DNA from: Somniosus microcephalus
Taxonomy: Eukaryota
Assembly: GCA_052327205.1 (NCBI GenBank)
Contig: CM126233.1
Coordinates: 32,674,001 to 32,738,000, forward strand
DNA length: 64,000 nt
Reading direction: 5' to 3'
The notes under the pieces: model-generated
Told to the model about the DNA's origin: nothing
The model's database searches: none
Seen by the model: only the letters and a program-made list of their open reading frames with translations
Part shown: positions 13,901 to 27,402 of the stretch, piece after piece
Layout of the letters: each line of letters begins with the position of its first letter
How positions within the stretch are numbered: the first letter of the stretch is position 1
Program-made: the position numbers and the translations under genes

Positions 13901-14770
13901 ACTGACTATCAGTAAAAACAGTTAGTTCTTTTAAAACAGAGCTGGATAGGTATCTGTTCGAGGACAGGATTGAAGATTATATTGCTGGTCAGGAATGATC
14001 AAATACTTTACAGAACATGGGTTCATGCACTGCCGAGGACATTTGAAATTCAGGCCTGTAAGTGTGAGTTGTATAGTTCAATTAATATTCTGCCTAATAT
14101 TCTAAGAGTTCTGCCTCTCGCTCTTGGGGGTTGGAGAGAAATTTCAGAGTGTTACTGGATAAAGAAGTTTCCTTGTGGTTGGTTAGCTCCCTCAAAAAAG
14201 ATTGATGGGAGATTAGGTGGAACAATCGGCCAAACTGTACAAGGCAACTTGAAGGGAACCGGTTTTTCCGGCTTATTCTCATTCCATATTTTCCTTTGTT
14301 CTAACTCGCTCCTGCTATTTTATACACTCAGTGAAAGTTCCAGGTTTTCTTAGCATTTTCACAAACTTTCTAGGACACAAGGACATTCACATTTCTTCCA
14401 CATACGTTCCAGGGAAACGTAAACTACAGTATACTAAAGGATAACATACAAACGGGCTCCTCTGACAGCGGTACAGGGAGTGCAGAATAGTCTGGAGCAG
14501 TGATCTTTCGGATGAAACTTTAAACTGAAGCCAAATTAGGTGGATGTTAAAGATCCCATGGCACTACTTGGCATACAGCAGGGAGCACCTGGTAAGTTTT
14601 TCTGGCAATATTCCTCCCCCGACCAGTACTACTAAAAACTGAGTAACTGAACCACACAGAGAGGAAGGGCCCACAGGTTCAATATCTGGTCTGTGCTGAC
14701 CTCAGCCAGGGTGGGAGCAGGGGCATTATAACACCACGGTGCTGCAGAGCGGAAAAACTGGCAAAGGCTC

Positions 14771-15014
14771 TGTTAAGTCTGTGTGTTCCAGTTGTATTAA
14801 GATTAATTACTGACACAGACTACAAGAATAAAGTTTCAACAGGTCTTTACTAGTTGGAGGTCAGGACTATACTAAATACAATATCACTACACAGTACTTA
14901 TATACCGGTGGTCACCACCGGTATTATGTATACAGCAGCCAGAGAAAGTAGTACATCTCTTAAGGTGGAACAGGCTTAAGTTCTCTTAAGGTGGAACAGG
15001 TTACATACACCACA
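14771..15014 (-). mobile_element. Solo LTR (244 bp) of a different LTR-retrotransposon family
   Basis: TG...CA termini and a perfect 5-bp TSD GGCTC (14766-14770 / 15015-15019). The minus strand shows TATATAAG followed by AGTAAA. It interrupts an older SINE-like repeat. Confidence 0.85.
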
Positions 15015-15231
15015 GGCTCCTGCTCCAGATTACTACCTCCTGGATGTGGAGCGAGAACAGCACTATGCTTCGTTATACCCTGATGTCCAAAAGTCAGTCA
15101 ACATCCACTATCTAAACTCACGCATACAAGATGGAGACTTGCACAAGGTCCTAGAGGGTGCCTGGTGCCTATGGAACTGCAGCCAACAAGGGGTCAATGC
15201 CTTCTGGCGATAAAGAAAGAAAGAAAATGGT

Positions 15232-15540
15232 TTCTTCGACAGCACCTCCCAAACCTGCGACCTCTACCACCTAGAAGGACAAGGGCAGAAGGTGCATGGG
15301 AACACCATCACCTCCAAGTTCCCCATCAAGTCACACACCATCCGGACTTGGAAATATAGCGCCGTTCCTTCATCGTCGCAGGGTCAAAATCCTGGAACTC
15401 TCTCCCAAACAGCACTATGGGAGTACCATCACCACACGGACTGCAGCAATTCAAGAAGGTGGCTCACCACCACCTTCTGAAGGGCAATTAGGGATGGGCA
15501 ATCCAGCAACGCCCACATCCCAGGAACGAATAAAAAAAAG
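15232..15540 (+). mobile_element. Non-LTR retrotransposon (LINE) 3' end with A-rich tail
   Basis: WNSLP-like remnant (TCCTGGAACTCTCTCCCAAAC), FKKVAHHHLL and a terminal AATAAAAAAA. The exact family is not identified. Confidence 0.65.
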
Positions 15541-16149
15541 AGACGAGGGGAGAAGGGAGGAAGAAAAATAATGTTAAAATGTGTAGCAGCTATTCAGAAT
15601 TCAGTGGGTTAAATTAGAGGAAGCAAATCCCGATTTGGTCTGCACATTTTCCACTGCCCTCTCGGCCGTCAAGACCTCTGATTAAGGTTAATACAGTGGC
15701 ATCTGTATGTGTTTGCCAAATGGCCATCTGCCAGAAAGATTAACTAGGTTGCGCACCATACTGTTCCTGTCAGGCTGCCCACACTAAATAGATGCAGAGT
15801 AATGCATCACTACACCAGGCTTGTTTAGATTAAGAGTTCAAGTCTATTGCAAACAAAGGCCCCGAGCCCCCTATATGAATCCTCATGATTAGACTGAATG
15901 CGTGGGTTTTTTTTTTCCCCAACAGGATGTATATCTCAAAGTCAAGGTGCAAATCTGTCACACAATTGTTCCCAGTGGTTTCTCCCCCCTCCCGACAAGG
16001 GTAACAGTTCTGTGGGCACAGGCAGATCTTTGATACCTTGTTCATCACGTTAGTCTATGCAACATGTAACAGCAGACTATTCTACCATGAAGGCCAATAC
16101 CGCCAGATCATCTACACATGCGCACTTTAAGGGCCTCTGATCATTATCC

Positions 16150-16521
16150 AGTGAATGTAGGAAAAGCGGCAGCCAATTTGAACACAGCAAGCTCCCACAA
16201 ACAGCAATGTAATAAATGACCAGATAATCTGTTTTAGTGATGTTGATTGAGGGATAAATAATGGTCAGGACACCGGGGAGAACTCCCCTGCTCTTCCTCA
16301 AAATAGTGCCGTGGGATCTTTTACGTCCACCTGAGAGAGCAGACGGGGCCTCGGTTTAACGTCTCATCCGAAAGACGGCACCTCCGACAGTGCAGCACTC
16401 CCTCAGTACTGCACTAGAGTGTCAGCCTAGATTAATGTGCTCAAGTCCCTGAAGTGGGGACTTGAATCCACAACCTTCTGACTCAGAGGCGAAAGTGCTC
16501 CCAACTGAGCCCCGGCTGACA
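16150..16521 (-). mobile_element. SacSINE1-like SINE
   Basis: Close reverse complement of 56691-57060. Confidence 0.88.
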
Positions 16522-18346
16522 CTCATCGGTACATTTAGAGTGGCACTGATTACAGGATTATGTTTTTTTCACGTGGAAATGGAGCAGGAAATCTAATAAT
16601 TGAAGCTGCCACTTGTCAATTCTATTCAATACAACAGGACGTGAAAAAAAATGTAGTATTTGCACTAAAACAAGTAGCATGCCCTACAAAATCTTGTTCT
16701 TTGGTGTGCTCAATACTTAGGTAAGCTTCCTGCCAAGAAATATCCATTTTTTTTTGTAGTCTTATACCTCACTGGAGTGGATGACAGGAGAAATAACTAC
16801 GGGCGCAGTTTAGAACAAGGCTTTATATACAGTGGGGTGGAAAATCAAAGTAGCAACACAAGGGCACAAGTTTCTTAATGGGATAGTGTTCTCATAATTT
16901 CCCTACATCGCCCATCCCACCCCAATGTGTACAGCACTTTAGAGAAAGCTTTTCAGCCACAACATAGATACAGCTGAGAAAGGCCATTTCACTCATCTAT
17001 CGAAAAAAAATACCTGCTGCCCAACATGGATTCCAACTTTTTTAAATTAATTCCTGGGATAAAGAAAGAGAGAGAGAATGACAGAAAAGAAAAAAAGACT
17101 TCTAGTTAAACAAAACCTTATCACGTCTGTTAAAAATTTACATACAAGGAATTACTTTGAACTATGACAACTGTTAATTGCAGCATCCAGTTTGCACACA
17201 GCAAGATCCCATAAACAACAATTAGATGAATGATCAGTTACGCTGTTTTCAAATTGGTTTTAGTGTAATTGGCTCCTTAAATGTGGCTCTCTTGCAGCGA
17301 GTGGCAGCTCCAGAGTAATATTGCCAGATCCATTAAGGCTATGTCCAGTCATTGCGATTCTGGCAAGTTTACCATGGGATTGCCTCACCTGCATGACATC
17401 CACCTGTTGGCAGCCAGCAGTGTTATCTCCCCACTAAAACCAATATAAAAACAGCTTTTTCGGTGGTATTTGTGGAGGGAGGAATGTTGGCCATGCCATG
17501 GGATCTTTAGCATCCACCTGAACCACAGGAACAAGACGGCAGCTGTGACAATGCAGCACTTGCTCAGTACTGCACTGGAACACTACACAATACACTTTCA
17601 AGAACTTCTGAGTATTAGCCGTGGTAATGCAATTATATGTAGATTTATTACGCATACAGCGAGTTTTCATGCATTTCATGGTTGATATTAAAAAATACCA
17701 TGCAATATGTCAGTGACTCCATCATAAAATCAATATGATTTTCAGCATCAGGATACAGCTACAGAAAAAAATGAAGTAAATTCACTGCTATATTAAGTAA
17801 TTTAAGTGAATTTAATACAATAACAGAGGGGTAACAAGCAACTCATGCTTTTCCCTTGTAGTTTATGACGTAATCTGAACCCCATGATTGAATCATTACC
17901 TTGTAATTCACTGAAAGGTATCCTCAATGTATCACTCACACTTTACAGTATTGATTAGTGAAAAACATGGGGCAAGCACAGCACGGCAGGGAAAAACTTG
18001 GTAGTATGTCACGAAGCTAATGACCGGTGTCAGCTTTAACAGCTCTTTTTAATAAGGTGACAGAAGGATCACGCCCTTCTAGTGACCCCGCGAGACCATG
18101 ACCCTGTCACCAGACTGAGCTTTAACTACAGACTGGGACACATCGAATCACCAAGTACGTCTAGTTCATCTCATTAATTCAGAATAAAGACAAGCGAGAA
18201 CCTGAAGCCTGAGGCATAGATCCATGGTCAAGATTCAAGAGTTGCCACGCATTTGTCCTTTTTAGGATTTACAGGAAAAAGCAATCAGGTGGTCGACGGG
18301 AGTAGAACTGGGACTGGAAGAGAAGGGGAAAAATAAAAGCATATTA

Positions 18347-18680
18347 CAAGAAACTTTGTGTTACCCGGAGGCTAAATGTCCGGCAAGCTCGAGCCACCGG
18401 CAAAAATCAGGAGCTGGTGCGTTAGGTTTTTTTTTCTTTTTGTTGCTTTTTCCTCAACAGTCAAGCTCTGCAAGGTCTCGCTGAAGCTGTTGCTAAGTTA
18501 CAGAGACGCTTGCAAGGTACGGCCGACTGTTTAGAAGCTGTTGCTAAGCAACAGGGTTTGTTGCCAGATACGGAGCTCAAAATCTCCGTATGTTTCAAGA
18601 TTAGCGCTGGTTTGTCCGGCAGTTTTGATGGGACGGCAACAGCTCGGTCCCGTCGGTGCCGGATAGCACAAAGTTTCCTG
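18347..18680. mobile_element. Tigger-like MITE, same TIR family (334 bp)
   Basis: TA|CAAGAAACTTTGTGTTACCCGG ... CCGGATAGCACAAAGTTTCCTG|TA. Confidence 0.8.
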
Positions 18681-19008
18681 TATCGTGGCACGTTCATACT
18701 GGCAAACGACACCCAGTGGCAGAGGTCTTGCAATGCGGCGAGATTACTGGTGCTTTGAAGTTGTCCTATTTATGCTGTGCATTCACAGCATCAACATCAA
18801 TAACCGTGCAGGTGCAAGATCACGCTTATGCAGTTGCTCAAAAGTTGCCTTCTGGTCACAAACTTTGACGTTAGAGAAAGCTGCGTACAGGACAGGAATC
18901 GCGGGCTTCTCAGCATAACAGTTTCTGCTACTGTGCGTAGGCTACTGCTCCTTACTTCAGTGTTGGACGCTCTGTTCTCCCAGACGATACTCAACATTCC
19001 TCTTATGT

Positions 19009-19394
19009 TAGGGAGACCATACATCCCCGTTTCCGGGGACAGTCCCCGGATGAGGTATTTGTCCTCAGGCAAACAATGCCCCCGGTTCACGAAATTTGTC
19101 CCCGAACAGACTAGAGCCATATATATGCATATCATACCGTTAGACGTAATCACAGTTTCAGGTCAATGGACTGAACAGTGTTACTGTATTATTTACAAAC
19201 TGTGTTTGAATGCGCTTCAATAGAGCGACATCACATCCACGGTAATTATATACACATTTGATTTGCATTTGTAGTGTATATGTGCTGCTAAAGAAATGTC
19301 TCGCAATGCTGCATAACCTACATTTTCCTGGTTACTTTGCTGTGCTCCGACCCGGTGTCTCCCCGGATTCGGTTTAGAAAATATGGTCACCCTA
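19009..19394. mobile_element. hAT (Blackjack-like) non-autonomous DNA transposon/MITE
   Basis: TIRs TAGGGAGACCATA / TATGGTCACCCTA, an 8-bp TSD TCTTATGT / CCTTATGT (7/8 match), and subterminal CCCCGG repeats. Confidence 0.85.
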
Positions 19395-19756
19395 CCTTAT
19401 GTAGCCTCTGCTGCTGTGCCTTCATCCAGTTCTCAATGCCATACAAAATGTTGCTTGCTTCTTTCACTATCCCTCTTTCCTCTTCCAGACTGATATCCAC
19501 AGTTTGTCAAAAACACTGCCAGCCAGTGCAATGCATTTTTTAACCTTTGTTGGTATACAATTTCTCATGTAAGCTTGTTCAATCGCCTCACCTTCAACAA
19601 CCACTTTCTCCAGCCTTCCTTCACCCTTCTGCACCTATCTTTATACTAGTGATATCTTTCACACTGATCAGAGAGGTAGCCCAATTCAAAGCCACAATCA
19701 TTGCATGGTGCTACATTTCTGTTAAGAGAGCATCCAGATGGTTATTATTAATGAGC

Positions 19757-20195
19757 ATCAGATTGGCTCAGTTAGTGGCACTCACGCCTCCAAGTCAGAA
19801 GGCCATCGATTCAAGTCCCACTCTAGGATTTGAGAACATGATCTAGGCGGACGCTTCAGTGCAGTACTGAGGGGTGCTGCGCTGCAGGAGCAGCTGTCCT
19901 TACGATAAAATCTTTAGCCTCTGTTTACCTGTTCTGGTGGGTATTTAAGATCGCATGGCATTATTTGAAGAAGCAGAGTGTTCTCCTGGTGTCCTAGCCA
20001 ACATTTTTCCTTCAAACAACATTACAAAAAAAATAGATCAACTCCTTCATCTCATTGCTGTTTGCAAGACCTTACTGTATACAAATTGACTGGTGCATTC
20101 ACCGACCATGATGGCACTTCAAAATAAGGTGAGGTACTTTGGGATATTTCCGAGAGAAATGATAAGATGCAATGTAAATACAAATCTTTCTTTCA
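19757..20195 (+). mobile_element. SacSINE1-like SINE, diverged
   Basis: Colinear similarity to 56691-57162. Confidence 0.78.
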
Positions 20196-23099
20196 TTTCT
20201 ATTAGAATTCAAAAAGTTATTTGGGTGAGGGGGGGGTGCTCAACAGGCACAAAGAGGACGTTAGACTCCATCATTATTTTCTTAATGGGCTTGATTTTTC
20301 CCAAGGATCATAACCCCCTATTATTCAATCAGCAAAGCATCCCCAAAACGAGGACTTCACTGGGTCTGTACAGTACATATCTGGCACCTTAACATTTCAG
20401 CAATGAAAACTTTGGTAAATACAATGGAATATTTTGAGCTGCACTTCACACAGGCAAACATTTTTGGAAATCCTGCTAATAAAATTAACTCTTCAATGGT
20501 TAGACCCATCCTACACGCCCTCTTCAGATGAACAGTTCCAATAACTTTTAAACTTTTTAATAAGCAGCCAGTCCCAGTCATATTCATAACATGGCCTGCA
20601 GCTCATTTTTGCAGCCTGCCTCTCCGTCATCCATTGGGTTTGGCCAATTCGTTGCTCCACTTGTCTCGGGGACACCTCTTGTACCCAGTCTGGCTGTGGG
20701 ATACTGCGAGGACTGAACTTTGGTGCTGTTCCATCCCCTTTTTGCCATCCAAGAAAGAAGGGAATTACTAGTGTATTAGGAAGTGGTGTTCACAGAGTGC
20801 AAAAATGGGCTCCATTCAATCATAGAACCAATAGGTCCGCAGTTACTTTGGCAAGGGTGTTAAATTTCGGGCTCTCTCTCTCTCAACACCTTTAATTGTG
20901 TAAACAGCTAGATGACAGTTTTCAGAAGCAAACACAGTCTCTGCCATGTCTGGTTTAGCGCAGTCTGGGTCTAACAGCAAGTTCTTAGAGCAGCAGGCTG
21001 CTTATTGGAGAGAGCAGAGGATATCCATGTTCTCCTGCCACTTCAGCAGCAGAATACTCCACTGTTAAAAGACTGCACGCAGGTCAAAACTGCTCTCTAG
21101 ATTTATTAAAAAGTAAAAAGTGAGAGAGAAAAATAAAGACACAGGCAAGATATTATGCAACTAAATTATCAAAGTGGGTTGACTTATTAAAAGCTTGTCC
21201 CAGGAAATTCTTAGAAAGACAATCATAGTCTCTGGTGGCATATACACAAGATTCTATTCACCCCATCCCACTTGGTGGCATGAAAAATAGAAAACTGAAG
21301 AACCATAGCAAACTCCCAGTATGCTAAGAATATGTTTTCCTTTGCAGTTCAAACAATTCCCTTTCAGCAGTGAGTCAATCAAAATGTTAACATTGTTACT
21401 GCCTTAAACAGCAATGGGAGAAAGGCTTGTAATAATTGTATTCCGTCTTCTGATTTTAACCAGACTGTATTCATACACACACACCAGACATTGCATCCTT
21501 AGTCAAGCTACACCCATTGCCCCAGTGATCTGAGGGAATCCGTTTATCAGCTGCTTCCCGCAGAGTGCCTATCTTCCATTTGGTGTCCAGCAAAGAGAGC
21601 GAGCAGCCTCCGTTTTAACCCTAGCTACTTCAAATTATACAAAATAAAGGCAGAGATTCCAATTTTCATCATAAGAGTGTTCTGTTCTGTGGGGGGAATT
21701 GCCTGGTTTCCAATTGATGGCTGTTCTGGGCACGTCTTTAAAATCAGAAGCTCAACATGTGGGCAACTGCAACCCACGCCTGGGTCCCATCACTCTGTGC
21801 TGCCGCATGATGGTGGTTCTTGAGTAGGACGTGGCTTGGGATAGTGGCTCTTGACAAAAAGTTAGTGAGTTAACACTGTGCATTGGACCAACATTTTTAT
21901 GTTATGCTTGTTCTCACACTAATCATCACTATGGATTATTATAACTCAATCAATATCGAGAACCAGAATATACCTTTGTACACAATGACAAAATATCCAA
22001 ACATGCTGGGTTTCTCTTTGATTTTGTACCCCTCGTGTTTCTTTCTCTTCCTTTTGTTCTGTACACAGGCTCCGTCAGTGGCTCATCAGTTTATATCTGA
22101 GAATCAGATATTACAGTCGCAGACACTGACAGTTTTATAAAGACAGGGGTTAAACTTGGTGCAATTGCTGGGCAATATATTACTCTTCAAACAGCTCTGG
22201 CTAAATGGTTTCTGGTTATAAATATTAGCGGTCAGTGAGATCACAAAGCTGCCAAGCAGAGCTGATAATATTCAATTCATCATGACTTGTCCCTTCATTT
22301 ACCCCTTGTCTACAATGCGACAGAATAGCCACCGAGGTGTTTGGCTATCTCATCAAAAGCAGGGGTCTCGGTCTGCCAGCAGAACAGCATCTAGGACTGC
22401 CTGCTGCTCTTTGAAATATCAAGGCATCACTCCCCACCAAAAAACACACACAGCACAAATTGAACACAATACACATAGAAACTATATTACAACAAAAAAC
22501 ATTTTTTAATTGCTTTACCGGCAGATGAAGGGGAAAGAGCACATTCTGGCAGGGCCTGTGTTTGTGTCTGTGTTACGATAGGTGATCTTGGCGAGTGAGA
22601 AGTTCCTAACTGAAACAATTTCCTTCAGGGAACTTTTTAAAATACTATTTTCTTACGGTTACGTGATGTGGTGCATCTCTTAACATTTCATTACAGACCA
22701 GTACTGGGGGCATAAACAAGGGATCAGATGTCTTGTGCGCTCTCTGGGCCAGGGACTAGTGTACAGGGTAGTGCAACTAAGAGGCAGACAAAATAAACCA
22801 AAAAAAAAAGTACATTTAAACAAATATGTGTTGAGGGCTTTTCTATTGGTAAGTTTATTTCAAGTGTGCTCAAATTACAATTTTTTTTAAGTTAAATTAA
22901 TTGAATAGAACACGAGTGGGTCACCAGTAAATGGACAAAAGATAGCTGAATGTCTGAGGGAATCATACAGTCTTGCCCCAAGTACAGTATCACAGGCACA
23001 AACACAGGTCTCTCCAGTGCATTGTTACTTCCAATGTGCTGCTTCACTCAGCTGTCCATAATATTTTAAAAATTTATTTGAACATTAGTTTTGTTATTA

Positions 23100-23375
23100 A
23101 AAAAAACCTGCATTTCTACAGTGCCTTTCATGAACACCGGACGTCCCAAAGTGCTTTACAGCCAATGAAGTACTTTTTGAAGTGTAGTCACTATTGTAAT
23201 GTAGGAAACACTGCAGCCAATTTGTGCACAGGAAGCTTCCACAAATAGCAATGCAACAATGACCAGAAAAACTGTTTTAGTGATGTTGGTTGAGGGATAG
23301 TTCAAAGAGCAACCTTGCTTCTGAATCATCCCTAGATGCCGTCGTATCAGCCAACTGAGACCTCGGTTTTTCATA
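23100..23375 (-). mobile_element. SacSINE1-like SINE 3' half
   Basis: GCTTTACAGCCAATGAAGTACTTTTTGAAGTGTAGTCAC... is the reverse complement of the family's 3' part. Confidence 0.82.
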
Positions 23376-24479
23376 TAATAGCCACAGCCAGATAAAGGAG
23401 CCATCAGCATGCAGTGTAATTAGGAGACTGGAAAGAAGGTTTTCTTACTATATTATAATAAGATTCACTTTCACTTCACTCTCTAATCTGGACATAGTTA
23501 AATTCAGAGTAACAATGCCATTCACTTTTGTCTAGGAACAGTATGTCACTTCTGTCTAAGTCACATCAGTTGGTTCACTATTCAACGGCAGAGAACCATA
23601 AACTCTCAGGCTTCCGAGCCCAGTGATTAACGATGTGCTTTAATACTTACAAAAGAAAACTAAATTTTACGCTGAATAGAGTTGCCAATATCTTGGGGTA
23701 ACAGACACACAAAACAGTAACACTATCTAAGGGTTCAATCCACTGTATTTTGCAGCTTTCTCTCTCCTCTCCTGAAGGTACTAAGGAGTGCTGACCACTC
23801 TCTGGAGCCCCACCCAACCATCCACTATTCAGGTGCGAGCCTTCACGGTGAGTTTTAGTAGGCAATTCGATTTGCAAGGCCATTGCAGCAAAGCCTGATC
23901 CTATCCTCATTAAGCATCCCCAAATATGCATGTTCCATTAGGACTCACTGGATAGCAATTCAGTGGAGGAATCCTGGCTGATAGTTTCTTCATCCTGGCC
24001 AAGGGGCATCAAGTTTCAATTTCAAATGGCGTTCACAAGCTCCTTCAGCTTCACTCTTGAGCTTGTGATTTCACTGGAAGCCCCACAGCTGTATTACATA
24101 CAGCCTTATAAATACTCCAAAGATTTCAGTACGCTCCTTGCCAATAACAACTTGAACACAAATGCAAAGTATAAAAACAGCAAGGTACAACTCAATACAG
24201 AGTTAGAAACAAACATCCAAGATGCTAAAGGCACTGGAAAGCAGATGGATTTGCATTTTCAACTAATTCAACTCTGCAACTGAGGAAAGAAAACCTACAC
24301 AACATTCAACCGAACACCACTCAATGCCTTCAATTGGATTGACATACTGTGTGTTGTGAAATTCAGAAGAGCATGTGTGGCTCTTGTATGACAGCCATAC
24401 TTCCTGCAGTGAATTTAACAACAGTGATAGACTTCGTGGGCAGTGCACTGTTGTATACATATGTCTGCAACCCTAAACA

Positions 24480-24790
24480 ATTTATATTGATTATAGCGCT
24501 CCTCACATAAAGAAAGATGTTTCAAACACTCTAAAGGGTGAACGGACAAAGAAGAGGGACAAAGAAGTTAAAGGGAAGTATTGTCGAAGGGAAGGGATTT
24601 TAGGAGGCTTCTGGGAGCAGGGTGAGAGGTGATAAGATGGATAGATTTGCTACTGATGGAACTGAGGGAACATGGAACACTGAACAATGTGTCAAAGGAT
24701 GAGGACAACAAGGTGTTTTGAATCTTGGCTGTAACATCAGAGGTACACAATGAGTATATGCTAACATCCTGTTTAGAAGAAAGGATGAGG
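24480..24790 (-). mobile_element. L2 LINE 3' remnant, highly degraded
   Basis: Similar to 41200-41600 (GGGATTTTAGGAGGCTTC...GGATGAGGACAAC...TTTGAATC). Confidence 0.55.
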
Positions 24791-25773
24791 TGAGTCCCTT
24801 TAAGCCACTCACACCACACAAGCACATCAACAACACTCAGGCAGATTATCTGCCTTCACTCTTGGTTGAGGTGGCCGAAAGAGAGCATTTCTTTTTTTTT
24901 AATGGAAATAAAAACCTACAATTCAAAAAATTAATAGGGTGATTTTGCACGCTGTTTCTGTTCAGAAAGTCAGTCTGTCCCAGTCACAAGCACAATTTGC
25001 AGGCTTCTCTTGCAAACAGCTGATGCATTCAAAACATTTATTCACAGTGAATGCATTTCATTCACTCAATCGTTTACAAAAAGTGCCAGTTAATGAAGGG
25101 ACCCAAGTTCAGCTCTAAAGACAAACCTAATCTCATAAGAAAAATCTATGGCGTGCTTTTTTTTCATTTGCTGGGCCATGAGATAGTTCCTGCAGGACTG
25201 AAGGTCAAGGCATGACCCTCTAAATCTTCCGATGGTCTCCCGGTTTTAGGAGCAAGGGGTCAAAATGACCTACATTTTTCATAAACTAATGTAAACACCA
25301 AAAAGCACATAAAGCAAGCCATCAATGAGCCACATCTGATCTCTGGCTGCCGCTCTGAGCTCATTTTAATATTAGTCTTTATCTTAATGGCAACAGATGT
25401 TTTATCCTCAGAGCAAGGTTCTGCAGAATTATTTTATATTATAATCATTTTGAGTGTATATTTCTCATTTTATTTAAGATTTCTTTTTTTTTTTTTTAAA
25501 AACATTTTTCTATTTTGTGATGCAGTGACTAAATAGATTAATCAGCTAGCTGATGTAACCCTACAGTTGGCAGGGATAGCAACATTGTTAGGTGGATCAT
25601 TTGAAAGAAGAAATACTGGTAAAAAGGGGAAGATGAATCTGGACAGGGGATGAACTCATTAAAGGAATACTTTGGTCTAGGACCCTAAATATACTGAAGT
25701 GTTCCTTATATAAAATACATTCCACAAATTTCAACCGAGAATGCCAACTGCTACAAATGTGCATTTCCATGGA

Positions 25774-26028
25774 CATGAAACTCTCTGTTATACGGCAAAA
25801 TTCTGAAGTAGGTTCAGGTAAGTTTTACTTAATATTAGTGGCCGTTCCTGGATCTGTGGCTGTGTAACTGGGGTTCGCGCACTTGTTGCTAAGCAACAGG
25901 GAAGCCTGGATTTGTTGCTGTGTATGGAGCTCTCGTACCTTTTAAACGATACCTCTCTGTAATCCGGACTTTTTGATAAACCGGCACCATGCCGGTCCCG
26001 TTGGTGCCGGATAATAAAGAGTTTCCTG
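25774..26028. mobile_element. Tigger-like MITE, same TIR family (255 bp)
   Basis: CATGAAACTCTCTGTTATACGGCA ... TGCCGGATAATAAAGAGTTTCCTG|TA. The right half resembles 18530-18680. Confidence 0.75.
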
Positions 26029-26969
26029 TACGCTGGTGGCACTCTGATATCCCACCCAAGTGTCCAATCTTCATGTGTAAGCTTAGTTAGTAACTGTTAG
26101 AAGGCTATTTGGATGTGGAGGGCATTACAGTCAAGTCCAATCCTGTTTTCACCCGACATCATGCACACAAAAATTCCAGAATGGGTCACTGAATGTTCAG
26201 TCACAGAAACAAGCCATTCAGCCCATCAAGTCTATGGCGGCTTACTGGATAGCGATCAGGAGCTGATTCTTCCCCCCCACAGCTCAGAGGCCCCGAGTCA
26301 TATGTAACCCCTTGGGTGAGATCAGCTAGCAGCACAGACTGGGATTCAAACCTGGGGCCTTTTGGCTTGTATGGGTCAGTGCTACCTTGAGTGGCGTCTC
26401 TACCACTACACTAGGTCATTGGTACAACAAAGCTATAGAAAAACTGTTTTAATGATCTGACGTACAGATGTCTGGCCTCCTGGTAGGAGCCATGTTTTTG
26501 AGGTTGATGAGTTCAGAAGCAATGTTTCAACGTTAAGTTTCAGCCCTGCGGAACTTCCACCTGCACTCTGGTTCTTATTTTTTCTTTCTGACCAATAATC
26601 TTTCAACAGTTGCATATTGCTGATTTAATTAAAATATGCTACATGAATGCCCGTTAGCAAATCCCTTAAAATTCGCACAATGTGTTATCCACCATGACAG
26701 AGAATGCCCAAAGGTGGATAATGCAAAATGGTGTACAATCAGAATTCCTCAAATGTTGGTCTTGGTAGGGCAATACGCCACATACAGCAATGGAGGTGAA
26801 TAAATAAAAAGCACAGAAATATTTCTTAGCTGTGACGTTGATTTCTGTCAAACAGAAGGATATTGGTGTTACTGGGCTGTGCAATAAGGCAGTACCTCGG
26901 TTAAGGCTGTCTGGCAAAACTCCTGGCAGATAATCAGGGAGAGAGTAAACTGGAACTTGGATAATGTAA

Positions 26970-27402
26970 AAAATTACTTTCTTTTATATAGCACCTTATC
27001 GCCTCTCAGGATATCCCAAAGTCTTTCCATCCATTGAATTACTTTTAACGTGCAGTCACTGTTGGTTATGTAAGCAAACTAGCAGCCATTTCGTGTACAG
27101 CAAGATCCACAAGCAGCAAATAGGCGCATGACTAGTTAATCTGTTTCTGGATTTGTTAGTTGAGGTGGAATGTTGGCTGGGGCACCAGGAAAAATCCCTG
27201 CTTTTCTTTGACTAGTGCCACTGGATCTTTTATGTTCACCTGAACAGGCTGATGGAGGCTCAGCTCAATTCAAAGGACGTTCTCTCCAACAAGGCAGCAC
27301 TCGCTCAGTACTGCACTGAAGTGTTGGCCTTGAATACGTGCTCAAGTCCCAGACCCACAATCTTCTGATTCAGGTGCAACAGTTCTACCAACTGAGGCCA
27401 AG
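26970..27402 (-). mobile_element. SacSINE1-like SINE, diverged
   Basis: Reverse-complement similarity over the full length. Confidence 0.78.

Noticed and set aside
18461-19223. Cluster of overlapping 70-130-aa ORFs
   Set aside because: It coincides with two GC-rich MITEs and shows no splice-consistent or homologous coding signal.
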